Source: Planctomycetota bacterium (GTDB taxonomy: Bacteria; Planctomycetota; Planctomycetia; Pirellulales; Pirellulaceae). Taken from it: a DNA stretch of 64,000 nucleotides. The position numbers and the translations under genes are program-made. Under the pieces are notes generated by a model. The model did not search any database and had not been told where the DNA came from. It saw only the letters and a program-made list of their open reading frames with translations. This document shows, piece after piece, positions 28,801 to 38,986 of the stretch (the stretch's first letter is position 1; every line of letters begins with the position of its first letter). The stretch spans positions 2,302 through 66,301 of the forward strand of contig JAPOIJ010000002.1 in the NCBI GenBank assembly GCA_029979005.1, given 5' to 3'.

Positions 28801-29679
28801 AAATCCAATCCCTAGAACGACTGCAATCAGAAGAGGGGTTCGGTCAGACTCAACAATGCCGCCACTCTCCGTTGCAAAAACATCGATATTGAGTTGGGCT
28901 AACGCGGCGACTGCCCAGAAAAAAGAAATGCCTAACGCAATTCGGAAAAGGGTGCGATATGAAAATAGCTGAATAAGATCTTTAATTGTCTCCCCGACTA
29001 AGGTAATCGGGAATTTGGCTTTTGCATTTGCTGCTGGTAACGACCAAACTAAAAAGCTCAAAAGTGTACCAATTACGGCAATGCCAATGAGGACACCTGC
29101 TGCTAAGCCAATATGGTCCTGTCCGCGGTGTGTGATATCGGAGAGTGCTCCGCCGAGAGCCATGCCAATAACGGTGGCAGAAAGTGTCGCAAGATTGAAT
29201 ACTCCATTGCCAGCCGCAATTGTTTTTTCATTCAGAAGCTCCGGAATGGTACCGACTTTGGCTGGTGAAAAAAGCGCACTCTGAAGTCCCATTAAGAAAA
29301 CAGCCGCGAGCAAAACCCAGAAAAATGGGTCAATCCCCGAAGCAGGATCCGGATCTCCCAGCAAGCTGACCGCAATGATTCCGGTAATCATGATTGCAAT
29401 TTCTGCAAGTTTGCAACCGATGATGACGGTTCGTTTTTTGAACCTGTCGGCAAGCCAGCCAGCGACTGACGCAAATAAGATGTAGGGAACGATGAAAAAA
29501 GAAGAGCCGATAATCAGAAGCGTCCCCTGGTCTTCCGGGGAAAACTGATTTTTGCCGACGCCAATTACAAACCAGCGAAACACATTGTCATTGATTGAAG
29601 TTAGCCATTGAGTCCATAAAAGTCCCTGGAAGCTGGAAGACCAAATTCCGTGAGAGGAAGGTTCGGTAGGCTGACTCAT
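25816..29679 (-). CDS. LplT-Aas fusion: MFS transporter + acyltransferase + acyl-ACP synthetase
   Basis: MFS part (TQWLTSINDNVFR, GWLADRFKK), PlsC-type NHSSWLD and FPEGG, AMP-binding FTSGSTGVPKGV, EGYGTTE, WYKTGD, RFSKIGGEMV. Start at 29679 preferred; the ORF extends to 29718. Confidence 0.93.
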   Translation of the reverse strand: MSQPTEPSSHGIWSSSFQGLLWTQWLTSINDNVFRWFVIGVGKNQFSPEDQGTLLIIGSSFFIVPYILFASVAGWLADRFKKRTVIIGCKLAEIAIMITGIIAVSLLGDPDPASGIDPFFWVLLAAVFLMGLQSALFSPAKVGTIPELLNEKTIAAGNGVFNLATLSATVIGMALGGALSDITHRGQDHIGLAAGVLIGIAVIGTLLSFLVWSLPAANAKAKFPITLVGETIKDLIQLFSYRTLFRIALGISFFWAVAALAQLNIDVFATESGGIVESDRTPLLIAVVLGIGFGSVAAGLISAGRIELGLVPIGATGVAIFSFLLWLTPPDFINGDPYNFDKILTFIFLAGLGFSAGVFDVPLASYLQHNSPIEKRGSILAATNCLAFSSILLFFGVMLFCTQSTEPGTIAQLPAQLTAKSLSEAQTKQLEETIDRFEKTPISDRPGIEKFVSEAPAPLRQATLTLLIAKDSERRETVSQPLRLEDYVAEFSPDNSSFNEQEATAFQRQIFKVQRQIRPLPLLSSRQIFLVMCVLTIPVIAYSLYRLIKPTVRLLFFLAFKIIYRVRINGIENLPKRGGAVVVANHSSWLDGAILLVLVPRLPRIIAWAGNFSHWALQKWAAFCGIILIAGGPRSIRNGLKLAKQIIDEGEVVGLFPEGGISRDCQIKNFKPGLTKIINLKENKTPVIPVYFDQLWGSIFSFSQGKSIKKWPRSFRRPLSVHIGKPIEKADTMFAIRQSVQELSATTMDNPAGKFVSAPSAFIKACKRNKFRSKIGDSTNQEETGGKLLTRALILRRLLKKHVLDNQEENVGVLIPPSVGGAIVNLSLALDKRVAINLNYSLSNDLINHCVKEAEIRTVLTTRKVAEKFNFDFDCNIFYLDDLKEKVSGLDKLVGALQSFVLPGALIDMSLGLNQIKPDDTLTIVFTSGSTGVPKGVMLTHKNIMSNVLGIERVGSLVPDDTLIGVLPFFHSMGYTVTLWVPMTTDSRGVYHFNPLDAKIVGKIAQKFAATIIVATPTFLRSYMRRCTPDQFNSLNMVIAGAERLPPELCEEFENKFGVRPVEGYGTTELSPVAAVNIPYSRQTKKDFQIDAKEGTVGRPMPNLAARVTDLDSGEVLGPNQAGMLWICGPSVMKGYLNKPKETAEVLDGRWYKTGDVAIIDDDGFIKITGRMSRFSKIGGEMVPHLKIEEVLSEFLDSTPADDSDDHLLVAVTAVPDEKKGERLIVLHTKTTKTVEEMQQSLKDAGLPNIFIPMTAGFIEVDHLPILGTGKLDLRGIKQIALEKAGA

Positions 29680-30072
29680 GGATTTGCCGAGATTTCGTTT
29701 GAAATGTTCAATCGCCACTCAGGATAAAAACCTGAGCTAGTCAAATGTAAGTACTTAACGTTCAGTTTAAAAGACGGATTGGCGGCTCGAAACCCAAATC
29801 GTTGGAATAGCCGAACCAATCGTTAGACGTGGAATAAACTCTGTTTTCTTACAGACTTTTAGGGCGCTCAAGCGGTTGTTTTCAATAGAACCCAAAAAAA
29901 CGGAACTGATTCTTTTCAGGGTAGATATTTGTCGGTCCCTGATTCAAGAAGAAAACAAAAGAAAAACGATAGGATAACAAGGTTTATTTGCTCTTACTGG
30001 GGATAAAGCTCGCTCATGGAAGAATCATGGGGAATTCGCGATTGCGAAACGCAGCTCTTTTCCCAACCTTAA

Positions 30073-30426
30073 ATGGAAAAAATAATGCGACGTACCTCAA
30101 TCATGACACTGGGACTGGTACTGATATTTATCGGGATTCAGTTGAACTTGGTTGATACCTACGTCTTAACGCCCCGATTCTCAAATCTTCTCGCTGATCA
30201 TGCGACGGTAGAGCGAGAGGTAGCGGCAGTGAGTCCAGCACCGGAAGCTCGCTCGAGCAACTACTATCGTGCTTCCTATTCCAATAATAATCGAACCGAG
30301 ATTAAGCCGGCAAAATCTGGCTTAGGGGTTCAGAAGAAGATCACCACACCAACGTGGCTTTGTTGGCCCATTTTGTTTTTAGGAACGGTTGTTTTCCTGA
30401 ATGGATTTTCCATCAGGCGAGAATGA
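30073..30426 (+). CDS. Hypothetical membrane protein with two TM helices
   Basis: Hydrophobic N- and C-terminal segments (LGLVLIFIGIQL; WLCWPILFLGTVVFL). Confidence 0.65.
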   Translation: MEKIMRRTSIMTLGLVLIFIGIQLNLVDTYVLTPRFSNLLADHATVEREVAAVSPAPEARSSNYYRASYSNNNRTEIKPAKSGLGVQKKITTPTWLCWPILFLGTVVFLNGFSIRRE

Positions 30427-30806
30427 TCCGTTTTGAACTCAGTAATGAAAGCGAATCTGAATCCGGCTCCAGCGTTGGTAGATTTGAATTGGCTTAGTTA
30501 TCGAGAAAGGGTCCGCAAATTGGAAACAAAAACGCTAGTTTGATACGTAGACGGATGAGATTCTGGTCAATCATTCGGGGACGTATCAGCTAGTGTTTTT
30601 TACTTTAAGAAAGACGGCAGGAGTTGCTTGGAAAGGAAATACGCTGGTTTCCTTTTGGCAATGTTAGTTAAAGGCATTCGGGCGGGTTTCGAGCAAGAAT
30701 GACTCGAAAAGGTGCTGATTTGTTTTTGACGCATTGGATTGGCGAGGTATGATAATTATGCCAAACGACAGTATTTTTTGCTTGTTTTGATTTTTGAGAA
30801 GATGTG

Positions 30807-31160
30807 ATGTCTGAATTTGAATGCATTGCCACAGAAATTCTCGAAAAGGCAACCATTGTCAAGTTTGTCGATCAACGAATAACGGATCCTGCTCGGATTG
30901 AGTCACTCGGCCGTGAGTTGCTCTCATTGTTGGACGCGACGAGTGAGACGGGAATTGTATTGAATTTTGACGGAGTCAGTTTTTTCTCCAGCGCTGCGAT
31001 TAATAAATTAATCAAGTTGGAGAGCGAGAGCAAAAAGAATGGACTGCAATTGAGGTTGAGTAACTTGCGTCCGGAAGTGCGAGATTTGTTTAGCTATACA
31101 AATCTCGATTCATTGTTTCAGATTAAAGATGATCAAATTGATGCAATTGAGTCGCTCTAG
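30807..31160 (+). CDS. STAS domain anti-sigma factor antagonist
   Basis: IVLNFDGVSFFSSAAINKLI, RPEVRDLFSYTNLDSLF; directly upstream of an RsbW-like gene. Confidence 0.9.
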   Translation: MSEFECIATEILEKATIVKFVDQRITDPARIESLGRELLSLLDATSETGIVLNFDGVSFFSSAAINKLIKLESESKKNGLQLRLSNLRPEVRDLFSYTNLDSLFQIKDDQIDAIESL

Positions 31161-31232
31161 GTTGAGTGTGCTTTGAGGACGGTAGGGAGTACTCTAACGA
31201 GTTTGGGAATAGATCGAAGATTCAGGTTAATC

Positions 31233-31664
31233 ATGGAAAGTACAACTCAGCATTGGCGCTACGATGATCACATTCCAAGTGAGCCAGATTGCTGCGCAAC
31301 AATCGTTGGTATGGTCCTTGAGCAGCTCGAAAAAAATGGGTGGGGTAACAAAGATACCTTCGGTATTCACATGGCCATGGAAGAGGCGGTGATGAATGCA
31401 ATTGACCACGGGAATAATCGTAGTCCAGACAAAACCGTCCATCTCGTGATTGAAATATGTGGCGATCGATTTTATTCAAAAATTACGGATCAAGGGGACG
31501 GCTTCGATCCGTCAAAGGTTCCTGACCCAACGGACGAAGAGAATCTTGAAAAGGATTGCGGTCGCGGTGTGATGCTCATTCGGAATTTTGTTGACGTCGT
31601 ACTTTATAACGACAAAGGAAATTCACTTGAGCTGACCAAGAAAAACTCAGAGGCCAATGCATGA
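31233..31664 (+). CDS. RsbW/SpoIIAB-like anti-sigma factor kinase (HATPase_c_2)
   Basis: EEAVMNAIDHGN, ITDQGDGFDP, GRGVMLIRNFVD.V.YN.KGN. Confidence 0.92.
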   Translation: MESTTQHWRYDDHIPSEPDCCATIVGMVLEQLEKNGWGNKDTFGIHMAMEEAVMNAIDHGNNRSPDKTVHLVIEICGDRFYSKITDQGDGFDPSKVPDPTDEENLEKDCGRGVMLIRNFVDVVLYNDKGNSLELTKKNSEANA

Positions 31665-31730
31665 CAATCACGCGCCCTTCAGCGCGTGGTTGCCATTGAA
31701 AAAATCCATAGGCCGGTTGCCCCGTGCCAG

Positions 31731-33305
31731 TTAGTTGTTTGCGGTTGAAAATATTGACGCAGGCAAGTTTTCAAAATTAACTAAGTTTGCCCCGGCGGGA
31801 TTGGCTGCCCAGGCATATCTCACTGCTTTCGGTTCCCGTACTTCTTTGCAACTTACGATAATCGTATCGTTGTGAATTTTTGCGTCAGCCCAATGCCAGG
31901 TTTGGTTATCGCCGGTGATTTCGAAACGTTGGAGTGGCTTTCCGTCGCTGGATTTCAAACCGGCACCCGTGTGATCAAATTCAATTATCATTTTTTCGGC
32001 CTCTACACGAGAAGATTTGTAGAGTGGGCCGCTGACTGTCATCGGTTTCTTGTAGTCATTGTTTAGCGCCCAACGAGCCAGCCTTAAGCCGACTGTCTTT
32101 TTGTTTTTTGGATGAATATCCTTGGCCTCTCCGACATCATTGATGGTCGCCATGCCTGTGCCCGCCAATTCCAGAGTTTTTCTTTGTTGATCCTGGACGG
32201 TAGCCCAATCGCTCCGCTGACCGGGGGCGGTCGTGACTGATTGGAAATTTGCTAATTGAACGAAGTAAAAGGGGAATTCATCGTTCCAGCGGGTGCGCCA
32301 GTCTTGGATCATCAGCGTAAACATTTCCTGATAAATTTCAGCGAGCCCTGGTTTAGCGTTCGCTTCGCCTTGATACCAGATTGCCCCCCGCATCGTGTAG
32401 CCAACGAAAGGATGGATCATGCCATTGTAAAGAACTGTGGGATTGCGCTCATTTTCATAGGTGGGTTTTATAGGTTGAGGGCGCCGGGGAAGGCGGGCCC
32501 GCTCGGAATTCGGTTTGTTCTTGTTTTGGCTCCGAACCGCAGCGGCCTTTTTTTCCCAGTTGGCCATCGCGGCATCGTATTTTTTCTTGGCCGCAGCGGA
32601 GTCAAATGATTTAGCTTCGCGGTCAAGTTCGGCGATCATTTTTTTTCCGTGCGAATTAGAAAGCATGGCTTCTCTGCTCGTGTAGCATTCTGATCGTTTG
32701 CCGCCCCAGCAAGACTGGATTATGCCAACGGGAATTCCTGTTTCCTGATTAATTTGTTTTGCAAAGTAATACGCGACGGCCGAAAATTTCCCAGACGTTT
32801 CGGGAGACGAAAGATTCCAGGTGCCTTCAATGTTTGTCTGGGGTTGGGCAGCGGGAGTGTTGGTGGCAAGAAAAAATCGAACGGCCGGGTTGTTGGATTT
32901 TGGCAAGTCCGTTTTCGCATCGAGTGAATTTTGAAGCTTAAAAGCCATGTTAGATTGCCCACTCGCAAACCAAACTTCACCAATCAAAATGTTCTTGAGT
33001 TCAACACGGTCATTGCCATTTTCAATGACCATGTTCATTCCCCGCCCATTGGCTTTCATTGCCGGTAACGTGATTTCCCAATTCCCGTTTTCATTGGATT
33101 TCGTGGAAACTGTATTTCCATGGAATACGACGTCAACCTGAGTATTGGCTTCTGCCCATCCCCAGATAGATACAGGTTTGTTCCGTTGGAGCACCATTTG
33201 GTTGCTGAAGAAAGATGGTAATTTCAATTCCGCCAATAATTCAGTGTTTGGCGAAAGGAAGCAAATTAAGCAAGCGGTGATGACAGATAACTGGTGTAGT
33301 CGCAT
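31731..33305 (-). CDS. Sialate O-acetylesterase (SASA family), exported
   Basis: Signal peptide, MVLQRNKP..IWG, GEVWFASGQSNM, GAIWYQGEAN, DIHPKNK, VRYAW. Confidence 0.9.
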   Translation of the reverse strand: MRLHQLSVITACLICFLSPNTELLAELKLPSFFSNQMVLQRNKPVSIWGWAEANTQVDVVFHGNTVSTKSNENGNWEITLPAMKANGRGMNMVIENGNDRVELKNILIGEVWFASGQSNMAFKLQNSLDAKTDLPKSNNPAVRFFLATNTPAAQPQTNIEGTWNLSSPETSGKFSAVAYYFAKQINQETGIPVGIIQSCWGGKRSECYTSREAMLSNSHGKKMIAELDREAKSFDSAAAKKKYDAAMANWEKKAAAVRSQNKNKPNSERARLPRRPQPIKPTYENERNPTVLYNGMIHPFVGYTMRGAIWYQGEANAKPGLAEIYQEMFTLMIQDWRTRWNDEFPFYFVQLANFQSVTTAPGQRSDWATVQDQQRKTLELAGTGMATINDVGEAKDIHPKNKKTVGLRLARWALNNDYKKPMTVSGPLYKSSRVEAEKMIIEFDHTGAGLKSSDGKPLQRFEITGDNQTWHWADAKIHNDTIIVSCKEVREPKAVRYAWAANPAGANLVNFENLPASIFSTANN

Positions 33306-33347
33306 GGGTGCCCTCGGTTGGAGTTGGTTTAGCCCCCCATTGTGCCG

Positions 33348-34115
33348 TTAATTGTTATCGAATTCAAGCAAAACAGGGCAATGGTCGGAATGGAAAACTT
33401 GTTTTAGATGCGATACGTTTTGAATTGACGATTGAATAGGTGAGCTGACAAATTGGTAGTCGATCCGCCACGCCCCTCGGTCGGTTCTGGCGGGGTTGGT
33501 AGGGGGCCACCAGGTAAAACTTCGCCCGTCGGGGTTCTGATTGCGGTAGGTGTCAACAAGGCCATGGTCGAGCCATTGTTGGAGCCAGGTGCGTTCGTCT
33601 TGACGAAAACCAGACGGACTCGTATCCGCTAAAGCTTCAGGGACATCCAGAATTGAGTGCGCGATATTGAAGTCTCCTGTCACAACGACTCGAGGTTGTT
33701 CCGCTCTTATACGGTTAACCCAGAGTGAGAGCTCTCTGAGAAAGTCTAATTTAAAGTCGTGGCGATGCTGGCCCGCGTTTCCATTGGGAACATAACAATT
33801 TATTATTGACAGGTTTTCAAAATCGGTACGAAGGATTCGGCCCTCCACGTCATATTTGTCGAGTCCCATTCCATAGTCTACGAAACTGGGTTTGATTTTA
33901 GAAAACGTAGCAACACCACTGTAGCCTTTCCGCTTAGCCGAATGCCAATAATGATGGTAGCCAATGCTGTCGAGTAATAAGACCGGGACACTTCCTGAGT
34001 GAGCTTTTGTTTCTTGAATGCAAATGACGTCATAGTCGTGATCCTCAATCCAGTCGATTAGCCCTTTTTTGATGGCTGAGCGGATGCCGTTGATGTTGTA
34101 AGTTACGATCTTCAT
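33348..34115 (-). CDS. xth: Exodeoxyribonuclease III / AP endonuclease
   Basis: MKIVTYNINGIRSA, IQETK, KGYSGVA, EGRI, YVPNG, GDFNIAH, WRIDY, SDHCPV. Confidence 0.95.
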   Translation of the reverse strand: MKIVTYNINGIRSAIKKGLIDWIEDHDYDVICIQETKAHSGSVPVLLLDSIGYHHYWHSAKRKGYSGVATFSKIKPSFVDYGMGLDKYDVEGRILRTDFENLSIINCYVPNGNAGQHRHDFKLDFLRELSLWVNRIRAEQPRVVVTGDFNIAHSILDVPEALADTSPSGFRQDERTWLQQWLDHGLVDTYRNQNPDGRSFTWWPPTNPARTDRGAWRIDYQFVSSPIQSSIQNVSHLKQVFHSDHCPVLLEFDNN

Positions 34116-34142
34116 AGTCAAAAAATAGAAAGGGATTGGTCT

Positions 34143-35225
34143 TTACCGACGAGCAACGGAATTTCCAGAGACACGTTGGATTAATGATCGCATTTCAAGA
34201 ATACTAATAGTTGACATGACTCTTGCAGCTGGAAAGTTGGTCTGCTCAATGATTGAGTCGATTAACGTTGGAGTTGTCTCAATTGTATTTAAGATGTTTC
34301 GTTCCTGATCCGTAAGACGAAGCTCTGCTGGATTGCGGATTTGTTCCCCTTGTTGCGTGCGGATTGGCGTGGCAAGTGGGCCAAGTTCGTCGAGCACATC
34401 GTCTACCGAGTTTACCAGTTTTGCTCCATCCTGAATTAATTTGTGGCATCCTTTGGACATGCGACTATCAATTGGGCCAGGCACAGCAAACACTTCTCTC
34501 CCCTGCTCCATCGCCAGTCTGGCTGATATTAATGCACCACTTCTTTGTGCGGCTTCCACAACGACAACTCCTAAACTTAATCCCGAGACGATTCGATTTC
34601 GCTTGGGGAAAGATCCGCTGCGAGGTGGTGTGTCGGGCGGTGATTCTGAAATGACAGCACCATCATGAATGATTGCGTTGGCAAGAGACGCATGCTCAGC
34701 GGGGTACAGTTTCAAGTGACCCCCTCCCAAAACGGCAATTGTTCTTCCGCCAGCCTCAATCGCTGCTTGGTGGGCTGCGGCGTCGACGCCCCGTGCTAAT
34801 CCAGAAATGATCGTGAACCCCGCCATGGAGAGTCCGCGGGCGAGTTGAGACGCAACTTTGATTCCATAGCGTGTCGCATGTCTTGAGCCAACAATCGCAA
34901 TGCTTAGGTTGTCAGTCGGTAGGATTTTTCCACGGGTGTAAAGGATCGCGGGCGGGTCGTATATTTCCGAAAGAAGTCTTGGATAATTTTCTTCGTATCG
35001 CTCGATCACGTCAATTTTATTTGTCTGACATGTCTTAATGATTGAATTGATTGTTGTTAAATCGCGACTCTTCAAAATCTCACTAATTATCTTGGGGCCG
35101 AGCCCTGAAAGTTGCCCCAGTTCAGTAGCGGTTGCATTGAGCACTCTGGATGCAGAGCCAAAATGTTGGACTAACTCAGAGTAAATGATCGGCCCGATAC
35201 CGGGGATGCGAGTTAGACGGAGCAT
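34143..35225 (-). CDS. dprA: DNA-protecting protein DprA (Smf)
   Basis: YPRLLSEIYDPP, AIVGSRHAT, ISGLARGVDAAAH, FPKRNRIVSGLS, EAAQRSGALISA, GREVFAVPG. Confidence 0.96.
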   Translation of the reverse strand: MLRLTRIPGIGPIIYSELVQHFGSASRVLNATATELGQLSGLGPKIISEILKSRDLTTINSIIKTCQTNKIDVIERYEENYPRLLSEIYDPPAILYTRGKILPTDNLSIAIVGSRHATRYGIKVASQLARGLSMAGFTIISGLARGVDAAAHQAAIEAGGRTIAVLGGGHLKLYPAEHASLANAIIHDGAVISESPPDTPPRSGSFPKRNRIVSGLSLGVVVVEAAQRSGALISARLAMEQGREVFAVPGPIDSRMSKGCHKLIQDGAKLVNSVDDVLDELGPLATPIRTQQGEQIRNPAELRLTDQERNILNTIETTPTLIDSIIEQTNFPAARVMSTISILEMRSLIQRVSGNSVARR

Positions 35226-35438
35226 CGCCCGAACACTTTCTTGCCGCGAAGAGAGGGGGGTATAATCGATCGAATTCTCCTCAAGTTTGAGTCATTTCAG
35301 ATCGCTAGAGTCAGTTTAGTATTGTCTTGTGCCTACTACGAAACAAGTCGCGGAGAGAAATTCAATCGCATATCCACAAATTACTTGGTATTCCTCGCCT
35401 CGGAGATGGTAGCACTTTTATGGACTGAGACTGGAACC

Positions 35439-37529
35439 CTAGTTTCCGGCAACATAAACCTTAAGCGATTTCAGCGGCAGGTCGCATGCTTGCTCGCTTG
35501 CGAGAACAGGACCATCGAAGTTGGGGTAGATGTCCCGGGGAGAATCGGCAGAGGTGTCAATGAAGAGTTTCCATCGTCTGGACTTGGCGAGTTCTGGAAT
35601 GACAAATTGCGCTGACTCGTGGCTTGAATTAAACATCAGCAGGACATCGCGTCCCAATGTGTCCGAGCCCCGATGTTCGAGTGGAGCGGCGAGTAGGCAC
35701 AGGATAGGCAGCGAGTCAACCTGCCAGTCGATGTTTGTACCATGCGGGTTATACCAGCTGACGTCGGGCCAGGAATCTTGACTGTCGGGAACTCCGGTTA
35801 AGAAATGGTGACGACGAACCGTTGGTTGTTGACGTCGAAATTCGATTAACGATCGGCAGAATCTAACGAGCTCTGCGTTTTTAGAAACTAAATTCCAATT
35901 TAGCCAAGAGATCTCGTTATCTTGGCAATAGGCGTTGTTGTTTCCTTGTTGAGTTCTTTGGAATTCGTCACCCGCGACCAGCATTGGCACACCCTGACTA
36001 AGCATGAGTGTGGTCAGCATGTTTTTTATTTGGCGAATCCGGAGTTGATTAACTCGTGGGTCTTCGGTTGGCCCTTCAACGCCAAAATTTTCACTATAGT
36101 TGTTGTTGTCGCCGTCACGGTTGTCTTCACCATTAGCGAGGTTTTGTTTTTCGCAGTAACTCACAAGATCGTTAAGGGTGAATCCGTCGTGCGATGTCAC
36201 AAAGTTGATACTGCAACAGGGAGGCCGACCTCCAGGTTGGTAAAGGTCGGCCGAACCAGCTAGGCGGGTCGCAAGTGGTCCCCGCGTCCCCTGATCCCCC
36301 CGCCAGTAGCCACGAATGTCATCTCGATAACGACCATTCCATTCAGCCCACCGATCATCCCCAAAAGAACCAACCTGGTAGGCGCCTGCAGCGTCCCAGG
36401 CTTCTGCAATGATCTTGGTATCTGCTAAAAGTGGGTCTTCACCAATCGCTTCGACAAGGGGTGGATTGGGGACTAGCTCGCCATTGCGATCGCGACTGAG
36501 AATTGATGCTAGATCAAATCGAAACCCATCGACGTGGTAGTTATGCACCCAGTGACGGAGGCAATGAAAGATCATTTCCCGAACAATGGGGTGGTTGCCG
36601 TTTATCGTGTTTCCGCAACCGGAGTAATTTTTGTAATTTCGCTGATCATTTTCCAGCATGTAGTAAACCGGATTCTCCAGTCCTTTAAAGCTTAGAACTG
36701 GGCCACGGTTGTTTCCTTCACAAGTATGGTTGAAGACGACATCGAGAATGACTTCAATGCCTGCTTCGTGCAATGACTTTACCATTTGTTTGAATTCAAC
36801 AACTTGGGAACCCGGTTTTGATCCCGCAGCATAACCTCGATGAGGGGCGAAGAATGCGAGAGGGTCATAGCCCCAGTAGTTGGGTTGTTCAGAATCGGTG
36901 CCGTCCATCGAGAGGATGGGAAATTCGTGAACGGGCATCAGTTCAACAGCGGTAACTCCTAATGACTGTAGGTAGGGTATTTTCTCGATGACTCCCAAAT
37001 AGGTTCCCGGATGCGATACACCACTGGAAGGATGTTGAGTAAAACCTTTTACGTGCATTTCATAAATGACGGACTCGGAAAGATCCCGTCGGAGATGGCG
37101 ATCTCCGCCCCAGTCGAAGTGGTCGTCGACAACGACACATTTGGGAGGCCGGATAATTCCGTCATGGCTGTGCTGAAACGTTCCAGCGAGTGCTTTTGCA
37201 TAAGGATCGATTAATCGCGCGTTGGGATGGAATCGAAGACCACGGTCCGGGTCGTTGGGCCCATTTGCCTGGAAATGATAAAGTTGGCCAAACGAGATCT
37301 GAGGAACGAAAATACTCCAGATGTCCCCCCACCGATCGCTGGCGGGGTCAAACGTGATGATTTCTGTCGGTTCGGTGTCTTCAACCGATTGGTAGAGCAG
37401 CAATCTCATTTCACTGGCGTGACGACTAAAGATGACAAACTGGACCCCGTCGTCATGAACGACCGCACCGTAAGGTAATTGGTGCGTGAATTGAAATTTT
37501 GGTAGAGGTTGCCGCATAGGAGTAAACAT
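35439..37529 (-). CDS. glgX: Glycogen debranching enzyme (isoamylase, GH13)
   Basis: IYEMHVKGFT, NYWGYDP, DVVFNHT, DGFRFDLA, IAEAWD, NFVTSHDGFTL, NAYCQDNEISW. Confidence 0.95.
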   Translation of the reverse strand: MFTPMRQPLPKFQFTHQLPYGAVVHDDGVQFVIFSRHASEMRLLLYQSVEDTEPTEIITFDPASDRWGDIWSIFVPQISFGQLYHFQANGPNDPDRGLRFHPNARLIDPYAKALAGTFQHSHDGIIRPPKCVVVDDHFDWGGDRHLRRDLSESVIYEMHVKGFTQHPSSGVSHPGTYLGVIEKIPYLQSLGVTAVELMPVHEFPILSMDGTDSEQPNYWGYDPLAFFAPHRGYAAGSKPGSQVVEFKQMVKSLHEAGIEVILDVVFNHTCEGNNRGPVLSFKGLENPVYYMLENDQRNYKNYSGCGNTINGNHPIVREMIFHCLRHWVHNYHVDGFRFDLASILSRDRNGELVPNPPLVEAIGEDPLLADTKIIAEAWDAAGAYQVGSFGDDRWAEWNGRYRDDIRGYWRGDQGTRGPLATRLAGSADLYQPGGRPPCCSINFVTSHDGFTLNDLVSYCEKQNLANGEDNRDGDNNNYSENFGVEGPTEDPRVNQLRIRQIKNMLTTLMLSQGVPMLVAGDEFQRTQQGNNNAYCQDNEISWLNWNLVSKNAELVRFCRSLIEFRRQQPTVRRHHFLTGVPDSQDSWPDVSWYNPHGTNIDWQVDSLPILCLLAAPLEHRGSDTLGRDVLLMFNSSHESAQFVIPELAKSRRWKLFIDTSADSPRDIYPNFDGPVLASEQACDLPLKSLKVYVAGN

Positions 37530-37833
37530 AGGTCGATTTTGACTCTCGTGGCAATCCCACCCTTTTTTTTCAAGCGTTTCTGCGGGGGTAGTGTCAGCTT
37601 AAGGGCGTATTAAACGCGCCGTCGACGGTTACATGGGGAGAATTTTTTCCGCGATTTCATGTAAATATTTCATTGGTTTTTTTGAAATGTCGCGCAGATT
37701 CACGTTGCGGGTAGTTTCAGTTGTTTAATTCGGCATGGTTGCCGGATTCAAGCCAATCGAGGAAACTATAGGCCAGTTATTTATCCGAAAAACAACCCAA
37801 CTCGCTGAGTTGGCCAGACTGATCCGCGAGCTA

Positions 37834-38907
37834 ATGACAGGCGTTTCCTATAAAGATTCCGGCGTTGACCTCGAAGTATACAACGAGGCGATGAAACGAC
37901 TTCCGAGGTTGATGCATCGGACCTTCTCGCCTCGTGTTCGGCAGCTCGATGGCGGATTTGCCGGACTGTTCCAATTGGACTTTGAAAGCAAGCTTTTTCG
38001 AAGAAATTATCAGGACCCCATGTTGGTTGCGTGTACCGACGGTGTCGGGACCAAGCTAAAACTGGCTCAGATGCTTAACAGCCACCGAACGGTGGGCATT
38101 GATTTGGTGGCGATGTGCGTTAACGACGCAATTTGTTGTGGGGCTGAGCCGCTGTTTTTCCTTGATTATGTGGCGATGTCCCACGATGACCCCGTTGCGC
38201 TTGAGCAAATTGTCAGTGGTATCAGCGACGGTTGTTTGGCTGCTGATTGTGCATTGTTGGGGGGGGAGACGGCGATCATGCCCGATCTCTACCAGCCGGG
38301 GGATTACGATTTGGCGGGCTTTTGTGTTGGTGTGGTCGAGCGAAATCATGTGATTGACGGCCATGCTATCACTGACGGAGATGTTGTGATTGGAGTTGCA
38401 TCGAGTGGTGTGCATTCCAACGGCTTTAGTCTCGTTCGTAAAATTGCATTCGATGTTGGGAAGAAAAAACCGGAAGATTTAATGGATGGTACCGATCTCT
38501 CAATAGGCGAGGTATTGATGGAACCAACCTTGATCTATACCAAAGCCATTCGCGATGTGCTGAGTCATTACAAAGTCAAGAACGTGGTTCACGGAATCGC
38601 GCATATTACAGGTGGTGGTCTCGAAGAAAATATCGAGCGAATCACCCCGGAGGGCATAGAGATTGATATCGATGGCCAAGCCTGGGAGCGTCCACCGGTG
38701 TTTGAATGGCTTCAAAAACTTGGGAAAGTAGAAACCGAGGAAATGTTCCGCGTGTTCAATATGGGGATTGGATTGGCAATGATCGTAAGTCCTTATTATG
38801 CCGATTCAATTCAGCGATCATTGAGTAAGCACGGACATGAGAACTGGGTAATCGGCACGGTTAAAGCAGGTGAGAAGCGAGTCACCGTGCACGACAAAAT
38901 GTTGTAA
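37834..38907 (+). CDS. purM: Phosphoribosylformylglycinamidine cyclo-ligase
   Basis: [66 protein letters not shown]. Confidence 0.97.
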   Translation: MTGVSYKDSGVDLEVYNEAMKRLPRLMHRTFSPRVRQLDGGFAGLFQLDFESKLFRRNYQDPMLVACTDGVGTKLKLAQMLNSHRTVGIDLVAMCVNDAICCGAEPLFFLDYVAMSHDDPVALEQIVSGISDGCLAADCALLGGETAIMPDLYQPGDYDLAGFCVGVVERNHVIDGHAITDGDVVIGVASSGVHSNGFSLVRKIAFDVGKKKPEDLMDGTDLSIGEVLMEPTLIYTKAIRDVLSHYKVKNVVHGIAHITGGGLEENIERITPEGIEIDIDGQAWERPPVFEWLQKLGKVETEEMFRVFNMGIGLAMIVSPYYADSIQRSLSKHGHENWVIGTVKAGEKRVTVHDKML

Positions 38908-38986
38908 TGGACTTGCGGTTCGGCACGTTTCTGCCGATGAAGTTGGCGCGCATTTCTCAACGGTTAGTCCGCTGTTTTCAGTCTGA

